A DNA stretch of 63,271 nucleotides, filler included, from Stramenopiles sp. TOSAG23-6 (taxonomy: Eukaryota), in the NCBI GenBank assembly GCA_900128565.1. It is 21 parts of 21 records of this genome, joined end to end, with 100 filler letters (N's around TTAATTAATTAA, not from the genome) between each part and the next. Parts side by side here need not be neighbours in the genome. Positions count along the whole stretch, not along the records: positions 54,389 to 57,285 come from LT637754.1; positions 57,386 to 60,278 come from LT637755.1; positions 60,379 to 63,271 come from LT637756.1; 18 more parts are not named here. The stretch is one strand, 5' to 3'. Below, in pieces: positions 54,500 to 63,271 of the stretch. The first letter of the stretch is position 1. Every line of letters begins with the position of its first letter. The notes beneath the pieces were generated by a model. The model made no database searches. It worked only from the letters and a program-made list of their open reading frames with translations, and was not told the DNA's origin. A program made the position numbers and the translations under genes.

Positions 54500-55480
54500 A
54501 ACATACCTACACCATATGCCAATAAACTTTTTTCAAATACTGACATTTTTGCGATAAATGTTTTTCCTTTTTCACCATGTTTTGAAAGGTACGATTTGAC
54601 ATGATTTGCCTTGGCACTTTTTCGAGTCAAAGTTTTTAAACGATTGGCTATGTATTATAAAAAAATATTTTTTTTTCTACAATTTGTTAGGTATGAAATT
54701 TCGTATGAAAAAAATAAAAAAAAAATTATAAAAAAAAATATTTTTTTTTCTACAATTTGTTAGGTATGAAATTCACTATAAAAAAAACTTTTTTTTTTTT
54801 TAAATTAAAAACAAAATCGAAAAAAAACATACATATACTGTGTTGTATAATACCCCGTCAAAAGTAAATTTGTAATTGATTTTGCATCATAAATTGTATG
54901 TATTTTGGAAAAATATTTCACAAAAAAAAAAAAATCGTTAGGTACAAAATTTCGTACGAAAAAAAAATTCGATTTTTTTGTTTAAAAAAAATTTAATTTT
55001 ACTTAAAAAGTCTGCTATAGATTCTCTTCCAGCTTCAGATTTTTTCAGTGCTTGGAGAGTTGACTCAAGCCTATTGTTTATTTCAGCGTTTTGAAGTTTT
55101 TCATATTCTAAAGATTCCCTCAGAGTCGATAGCTGAATTATTTGTTGAGAAGATTTTTCTTTTAATTCCCAGCATTGAGATTCTAATTCAGCATAACTAC
55201 ATGATTGTATTTTGTTCTCGTCGCCGAGTTGTTGCTGTTGCTGTAGTTGTACTTGTTGTTGGTTTGGTACATGTAATCCATATTGGGTTTGTTGTTGATG
55301 CTGACGTAAATCACGTACCGCTTTCAAACCAGTCCCATTTGCATTGTATTGATAATAGTCATTGTTTGAAAGATTTGTTTCCGGTGAATAACTACTATTA
55401 CATTTTTGATCTGAGTTTTGATCTGAATTTCTCACGTCTTTTGAAAGACGTCGCTTCAGAGAAGATAAGTTACTCTCCAT
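54500..55480 (-). CDS. Uncharacterized Q-rich coiled-coil protein, partial
   Basis: 180-aa ORF plus downstream exons; first junction frame uncertain. Confidence 0.45.
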
Positions 55481-55873
55481 GGTGCATATTTTAGTCCTCT
55501 CAACGCTGAATTCTCAAAAATATTGCATAATCATTATTAAATTAAACTTATAATACTTTTAAAAGACTTTTTTTTAGTAGTAGTATTAGTCTCACACAAG
55601 AAGAAGAAGAACGAATGAGGCGTTACAAATTAGCAAAAAACACGAAAAATGAAATTGCTCACACGAGTCAAAATTGAACTTTTTTGACACACACAAAGTA
55701 AACCTTCCTTACCTCCTTATACGTGCCAGCTTGTGACAAATTGAATAAAATAATCGGAAAATCGGTAAGCAATGGAAGAAACAGCTCAAAAGTCTTGAGT
55801 AAAAGGTAGCTTTATCGGATATGTTGTTTCATTTTTAGTATTTTGCATTGTTCATCGTATAGTAACCCAAAAA

Positions 55874-57193
55874 ATGTTACAGATAAAATATGCTGCTTCA
55901 CTTTGTGTGTCACCGTTCAACATGCAACACTTGCGCGCCGGGACTTTTCGTTTCACAAAGACTACAACCAGGCGAAATGCTCACACATTAGCCTCTTCAA
56001 ACATACGAACGAATTTTGAAGTTTTAAAGCTTCATTTAGAAAATGGTATGTTTGGACGTATGCGTGCTCACCTTTTACTTCATCGTCTGGCTGTAAATGG
56101 TTCGGCTCGTTCCGAGGAGTTCAATCTTTTACTACGATATTGTCCTACAATTTTTGAGGCACGTAACTCTGTAGAAACCATGATAGCGCATGGCTGTGCT
56201 CCAGACAAAGTGACTTACAATACATTAAAAACAAAGTATATTTTATGGGGTCTTGAGACCCAGTTACACGAGTTAGATTCGTTCTTCCGTGACCTTGGTT
56301 TAGATTCTTTAGTACACTCTGTTGAAGTTGATAAAAAAATAGGTGTCGCAGACATTTCACGCATGCGTGTAAGTATGGTGCAAAATTGGTTAGAAGAAGG
56401 ATATTCTGCAAATCGAGTTTTAGCCGAAGAATATTTTGATTCTTTGATAAAACATGGTAAGTGTGATGAGTGTATGTGTTATATTTTTTTGAAATATTTT
56501 TTTTTTTCATACGAAATTTTGTACCTAACAATTTTTTTAAGATTTTTTTTTTTGAAATATTTTTGTTCATCATGATTTTTCTATATCTTTGTTTTTTTCA
56601 TAGGAAATTTTGTACCTAAACCTAAAAGATTTTTTTTTTTGAAATATATTTTCACAATACGTGGTTGTTAACAGAGTATATTCATAAGGATGGTTCTTTT
56701 GAAATTGCTCATGCTCGATATATAAAATACATGTATGTTTTATTTTTTTTCAAATTCGAAATTTTTTTTTATAGTAAATTTTGTACCTAACAATTTTTTT
56801 TAGAATTTTTTTGAAATATTTTTCCAAAATACATTGAATCTGGTGGTTTATTGAATATATGTCGACCTTTAAATGCTTTATTTGCTCATTCTCAGATTGA
56901 GGGTGGTGACGTCATGAAAGACAGGCAAGCAAATATTTACAAAGAAATCGAAAAGTATGGTGTAGGACCAGATGTACGTTTTCAAAATTGATTTGTTTTT
57001 TTAATTTATATTTTTTCATACAAAATTTCATACCTAACAAAAAAAAAACTTGACTATACAATATTTTTCGCAAAACATGAACAAATGCATCGTTTTAAAA
57101 GTCGTGGTCACTCCTCTACTGAAATAAGCCAATTGAGAACGTCAAAATTAGGATTTTTGTTATCTAATGATGGAAAACAAAGAAAAGATGCTT
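55874..57193 (+). CDS. PPR-like protein with probable mitochondrial transit peptide, 3'-partial; introns from 56472, 56733 and 56974
   Basis: CAPDKVTYNTL PPR-like motif; resembles the 1086-2942 protein. Confidence 0.55.
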
Positions 57194-57440
57194 GTACGTT
57201 TTATATGAATTTCTAATTTAATTTTTTTTTTCATACGAAATTTCGTACCTAACATTTTTTTTTAGATTTTTGTTGAAATATTTTTNNNNNNNNNNNNNNN
57301 NNNNNNNNNNNNNNNNNNNNNNNNNNNNNTTAATTAATTAANNNNNNNNNNNNNNNNNNNNNNNNNNNNNNNNNNNNNNNNNNNNTACGAAATTTCGTAC
57401 CTAACAAATTTTACAAAAAAAATATTTTTTCACAATACAT

Positions 57441-59063
57441 GATCCAGATAAGCGGGTTTCAATGTCAGAAGTTTTGTCTGATCCTTGGTTACTGACTCTT
57501 CATGGTATTTCATCACATTTAACTCCGAGAAGAAAAATTGAAACTGCCACTCAACAACGTGATAAAAATGTGGATCTGATTGGTGCTCAGAAGAGATTGA
57601 AGAAACTAGTGGCGCGTAGAAGATTTAAGGCTGCAGCTACATGTGTCCGAGTGAGTGTATCTTGTCAAAGATTGCTTAAGAGAACCGCGAGACCCGAAGA
57701 TAGAGCAGCTTTGCGGAGGGATGAGAGACGAAGTCGGCGGAGTATTCTTACGCAAGAAAGAGATGGTTGTAATGCAGTTAAAATGGATAGTGAAAGTAAT
57801 TCAGTGAGTCGTAACACGAATCAAACTGTCACGGATAATCTCACAGCGGATACTTCCATTAGGGTTAAGGTTAAGTCTGTACCTGAAAATGTTTTAAATA
57901 ACTCAGGGTCAGAGTTGAATAATGTATTAAAGGTTGACATTCCACCTGTGATTCCATCTGTTCATGGAATGAATAGTGACAATTTCAAAGCAACAGAAAG
58001 TATACACACTCCCTCAAAGGTAAATCGGAGTTTTGATATGGTTAGTCCTCTTTCATCAATTTCATCAACTGAAACCAAAAGTTTTGATATGGTTAGTCCT
58101 CTTTCATCAATTTCATCAACTGAAACCAAAAGTAGTATTCACCGTCCCGAATTTGTCGATGCTGCGTTATCAACAGCACCGATGAGTAAAAGATGGAAAA
58201 ATGCAGTTATTTCAGTTTTGGAAGGCGATAGACAACTCTCGGTAAATACACCAGCAGCTCGAGATAAGCGTTCATTTAATTTTGCAACTATGTACGTTTT
58301 CATCATGAATTTCAAATTTAATTTTTTTTCCGTACCAAATTTTGTACATAAACAAAAAATACTTTTTTTTTTTTTGAATTCTTTTGCCTGCATTTTGTTT
58401 TTTTCGTAAAAACATTTTTGTATCTAATGATTTTTATTTTTGAAATATTTTGCCAAAATTACATCCGAAATCTTAGTAAGATTCCTCAAGATACCCCCAA
58501 AAAAGCAAAACGTGTTAGACGTATTACGTCTGCTGAGATTGCTTCGAATAAGATGAGTAGAAAGCGATCAAATGAAGTGGTAGATCCTTCACGACCGTTG
58601 GCGTATAAAAGAAGTCGCAGTGAAGGAAGTCATGGAAATTCTTTCGTTCGTTCAGCGAAGCGAATGACGTCACCTCAAAATGTAGATCGTTCACGGTATA
58701 GATTTAATAGAAGTCGATGTGAATCTCAAGAACTTCATGGTCAGCGCGTTGTGGATTATCGCCTTCGACAAGAGTTACTTGAAGAAGCATGTATGTTTTA
58801 TTCTTTTTCAAATTCGAATTTTTTTTTTATAAAAATTTTGTACCTAACGAATTTTTTTTGAAATATTTTTCCAAAAAACATGTAAACGTATCGCTGAAAG
58901 ACAAGTGAATCAAGGTCTTGTTGCTGCGAGTAGTTGGCAAGAGGCGAATTGTTTGATACTTGTTTTTAAGTTTTTACATATTGATGAAAAAACAAAACGT
59001 TGTGTACGATCTGTCTGTGGTAGTTGGGCTGCACTCGGAAGTGCTTTAAAACCTGTTGAGTAG
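57441..59063 (+). CDS. Uncharacterized R/S-rich protein, 5'-partial, two family introns
   Basis: ORFs 57462 and 58418 and the last exon join in frame to TAG at 59063. Confidence 0.55.
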
Positions 59064-59224
59064 TATAATATGTAGATTGTTAATTTAAACTAACCTTTAC
59101 AAAGTGTTTTGTACCATAATAATAGAAAAAGAATTTTGTAGTTGTATAGTTACCCCAAGTATATAATAATGTGAAATTGTGTAAATGTGAAGAAATAAAA
59201 AGTAGATATGTCAACATCATATAT

Positions 59225-60278
59225 TCATTGAAACATTCCAAACCACTCTTTGTCATTCACTAAAAATGTATCTCCATTTTTTTCAAGATTATTACGTTGT
59301 TCCTCTTGATGACGTAGCCTTGCAGAAGAATAAAATCTATTCTTAACACTGTTTGTGGTACGTCCTCGAAGAGCACGTGCAATTTCTGTCCATTTGTTTC
59401 CAATTTTGCGCTGCATACCAAAAATTATATCGTCTTCTTTCATCGTCCAAGTATTTTTGGAAAATATTTTCAAAAAACATTTGTTAGGTACAAAATTTAC
59501 TATGAAAAAAACATCGAAATTCGAAATTGAAAACATACAAGTCCCTTTGACAATGGAAGGATCTAAGTGATTGATGAAACGCTCTCGACATCGCTTTGAA
59601 GTACGACAAAGAATATTTGCTGCTTCTGACCAGTTTACCATTGAAAGATCAATTGTATTATTCATGCTTCTACTATCACAATTGTCTTTTTTATGCGCTG
59701 TATATTTGTTAACAATTTGCCAAAGTAAATCGTCCTCATCAACTGTCCAACGCCCTTTAACAAGACCAGGTCTTAATACTAACTGCCATCTGTGTTGGCA
59801 TTGAATTCGATTTCGTTTAGAACATCCAAGTGGATGAGACGCATATAATGTAGATCCCATTCGACGACTGATCCAGCCCCACTGGCCGCCAATTTCCTTA
59901 TTCATTTTTGAGTTATTAGGAAACTGTTGCCTATATGCACGAATTAAAGATCGGAGCCGCATGTCTTCTGATGGCGTCCACGGCCCTGTACCACTTAGTA
60001 CGCGTCGTAATACCCCATCAGAAGTAACAACTACACTTGCTCGGTTTTGTTGTTTTTCATAAAACTTTCGTTCACTTTCTGATAGTATTTGATGTGACTC
60101 CGAAGTAAAAGATTCTAGTTTTATATTTTGAGATTCTTGCTCAGATATTTCTCTAGTTTTTCTCATAGGCTTCAATTCTTCTTTTTTCTTTATTCTTGGT
60201 AAAGTCTCGTCATCTGACAATTCGTGAATCATACTATCTGCTCGGGCTCTAGAATATCTAGCAAGAGAAGCCCAACCA
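59225..60278 (-). CDS. Three-repeat MYB transcription factor; in-frame intron 59449-59538 (GT..TT)
   Basis: GPWTPSED, QCQHRW..LRPGLVKGRWT, RTSKRCRERF.NHLDPSIVKGT-WT..ED, GNKW.EIA..L.GRT.N.VKNRF. Confidence 0.92.
59449..59538 (-). mobile_element. Introner-family intron, GT..TT with TT repeat, 90 nt, no stop codon
   Basis: acTT|gtatg...aatacTT|gg; removal restores the MYB KGTWT motif. Confidence 0.9.
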
Positions 60279-60458
60279 NNNNNNNNNNNNNNNNNNNNNN
60301 NNNNNNNNNNNNNNNNNNNNNNTTAATTAATTAANNNNNNNNNNNNNNNNNNNNNNNNNNNNNNNNNNNNNNNNNNNNTTTTTTTTTTTGGTTTTTATAA
60401 AAATTTTGTACCTAACAATTTTTTTTTTTTTTTTTTGAAATATTTTTACAAAATACAT

Positions 60459-63092
60459 TACTCTCACAGATGAAATTTCTATAGCTCGCACGACTTCGAT
60501 GGATATATTTTCTACAAAAACGTCAACGAATCCAAATCTTGTTCAATTTCGAACTCAACTAGTCAAACAAATTAATAATTTAGTGACACAAATTCATGTA
60601 TGTTTTTTTTTTCAATTTCTAATTTATTTATTTTTCATACGAAATTTCGTACCTAACAAAAACAAAACAATTTTTTTTTTTCACAATACATGAACTAAAT
60701 ATAGAAAAATCTGAAAATCAATGCGAAGAAATATTTGATAAATTATGGATGAAACATATTTCCATTATTAGTGATTCACCAGAAGCTGTGAAATCCCCTG
60801 GCGTGGCTCTATCAAAAATATGGGAAGGAACAAAAATGTATGTTTTTTTTTCTATGATTTTTTTTTGTACGAAATTTTGTACCTAACGATTTTTTTGAAA
60901 TATTTTTTCACAATACATACTCCGTACGTCTTTTCTTGGGATACATGAGTCTAACCCTAACCCTGAGGAGAATCATACTACTTCGAATGAGCCATCTCAT
61001 CGCAATCACAATAAAAAACAGCATGCTCGAGGACCAGCAATGATGCGAATTTTAGAAGGTCGATTAGCGATAATGCTTCCACGTGTCGTGTACTTTTTTT
61101 TTTTTTCAATTTTGAATTTATTTTTCGTATGCAATTTTGTACCTAACGAATTATTTTTTTGAATTATTTTTCCAAAATACATGTACGTTTTTTCTCCATC
61201 ATTTCCATTTTGAATTTTGGTTTTTGAAGTAAATTTTGTTTTCAACAAAAACTAAATTTTGAAATATTTCCTACAATACAGTAACAATTTATTTGAATTG
61301 GAAGAACATCGTATCTTACAACTAAAGGATAATGTACAGCGCCAAGAACTTGCAACACAACAGCTAATGACGACTCTTGATATGATTAGAAAAGAACTTG
61401 TTCAAATTAAAGAAAATAATGTAAAATTAAATGCAGAATTAGAAGAAAGTAATGCAAATCTTGAGGGTGCAAAAATGCGTGCAGAAACAAGTACTAGCGC
61501 CGCACTGGCCGCAAATCTTTTAGCAGATCAGACGTCTAGTTCATTAAATGCTTTGCAAAAAAAGTATGATGAACAGACTGTTACTTTATTGAGTGCGGAG
61601 GCATGTATGTTTTATTTTTTTTTCAAATTCCAAGTTTTTTTTTCGTACGAAATTTTGTACCTAACAAAACTTTTTTCAAATATTTTTCCAAAATACATTG
61701 GCATCAGAATGGAAATCAAAACAAGAACGAATGGTTGCAAAAGTAGCACTTGAAACAGATAAAGCGCTCTCTGTAACTCGAAAACAAGAGAAACTCATTC
61801 AACATATAGGAGGAATGCAACATAGTATAATCACCCTAAAAGCAACCATCAAAGATCTTCGAAATGTATGTTTTCTTAAATTTAAATGTTTTTTTTGGTA
61901 GAGAATTTTGTACCTAACGAATTTTTACAGGAAAAAAAATATATTTTCCATAATACATACATGTCTTGATTCTCAAAAACAACAAAAAAGTTCTATGAGT
62001 GCAACGTGTACACAATTATTGCTCCTAGTGAAAGAACAACAAAACAAAATAGTATTGTTGCAGACACAGGCTGGTGAAGATGGTCAAATAATGCGAGAAC
62101 AATTGAGAAGTATTGAACAAAAAGGTGAAGGAGTAGATGAACAAATTTTTGGTGCGAAATCAGAAGCAGTGCGTCTTAAAATTATGTATGATCATGAGAA
62201 AAATGATGCTAAAGCTGCTAAAATGCAACTTATTACTGAATTGGCACGTCGGGAAACAATCGAAGCATTACTTCGAAAAACGAAACGAAAATTGAAGCAA
62301 ACTCTAGAAAAATCAGGATCAACTGAGCAAGAAATTGAAGCAGTTTTGGAACCTTTTATTTTACCTGATACGATTGAACCAAATGCAGCTGTAATGGCGC
62401 AAGTACAAAGTCGTCATGAAACTGTTGATAAGATAAAGAATCTTGAGCGATTGTTGGCAGCAGAACAAGCTAAAAATAATGAATTGGCCATATTTACTTC
62501 GAACAAGCCTCTATCAGTTACTAAGACTACACAGAAGCCTTCATATAAAAACAAGGGTACACGATTATCAGTAGAATTGAAACGTGTTCGAGGTCTTAAA
62601 CAAAAATTGAGCACCCAAGAGTGTATAGACGAGGCTTCTAGAGGAACTGTAGTACTGAAATATCATAAGAAATCTGGAAAGGCTACAAGGTGGATGGTTT
62701 ACATGGCAGCATCAAAACAATTGGGTTGGTGTAAACCTAACAAACGGAAACCAAGCACGCGTATAAATATCAGTGATTTTAAAAGTGTAAAATATGGAAT
62801 GAAATCACCTACACTTTTAACACGCGCTGCTGACAGTGGTGAAACACCTGAAAAATGCTTTTATGTGCAAACGAAAGAGAGATCATATAACTTTGTTGCG
62901 TCTACTGCCGATAATGCTGTCATGTGGGTAGTTGCATTACAATCTTTAGGATCTAAATATGGTGCAATTTCACCCGAATCAACAAAAACAAAAGGATATC
63001 TGATGTGGCAAAGATGCAAAATGAGTCTTGATACTATAGCGATGAAGAAGCGCAAATCAAGAGCTGCTCTCATCGTTGATGCACTAAAGTAA
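60459..63092 (+). CDS. Coiled-coil protein with C-terminal PH domain, 5'-partial; introns 60598-60691, 60838-60917, 61090-61182 plus 61183-61281, 61605-61698, 61866-61958
   Basis: RGTVVLKY..SVKYG..CFYVQTKERSYNFVA..WVVAL PH fold; introns restore the frame. Confidence 0.75.
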
Positions 63093-63271
63093 TTTATATG
63101 TACCTTATTATAAAGTAAATTATGATAAACAAAATTAAATGAAGTGATAGTAAAAAATTTTAACGAAATGTGTTTTATACCCGAGTAACATCTGAGAAAG
63201 CTTGAAAAAAAAAGAATAGCTCAGCAAGCAGGCTTCCAAACGGGTCCCCCACGATCGTACTAGCTGCTCTC

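Overview
AT-rich eukaryotic draft genome, probably an uncultured flagellated protist (CFAP299, Sfi1-like repeats; the ACL5-like and IPTEIG-type LRR genes suggest stramenopile affinity, by inference only). The window is about 21 short contigs (~3 kb) joined by an artificial N-TTAATTAATTAA-N spacer. It holds about 33 mostly partial genes, including a C-type lectin, PPR-like proteins, EF-hand, TNPO3-like, GFAT/GlmS, CAMK and TKL kinases, thermospermine synthase-like, DNase II, dephospho-CoA kinase, an amino-acid transporter, CFAP299, Sec23-like, LRR, sideroflexin, GH18, MYB and PH proteins. The main signal is that essentially every intron (>80 full or partial copies by hand count) belongs to one ~90-130 nt family: GTAYGTTTT...TTCGTACGAAATTTTGTACCTAAC...TGAAATATTTTTCCAAAATAC+NN. 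Copies lie in the sense orientation of the host gene, and removing them restores conserved proteins. They almost never end in AG; the last two nucleotides (AT, TT, GT, CT and others) usually repeat the last two nucleotides of the upstream exon, like a 2-bp target-site duplication. This looks like a genome-wide introner invasion spliced without a canonical 3' AG, with back-to-back zero-exon introns and A-starting donors. Assembly artefacts are also present: a duplicated contig, a perfect fold-back contig and probable chimeric joins.
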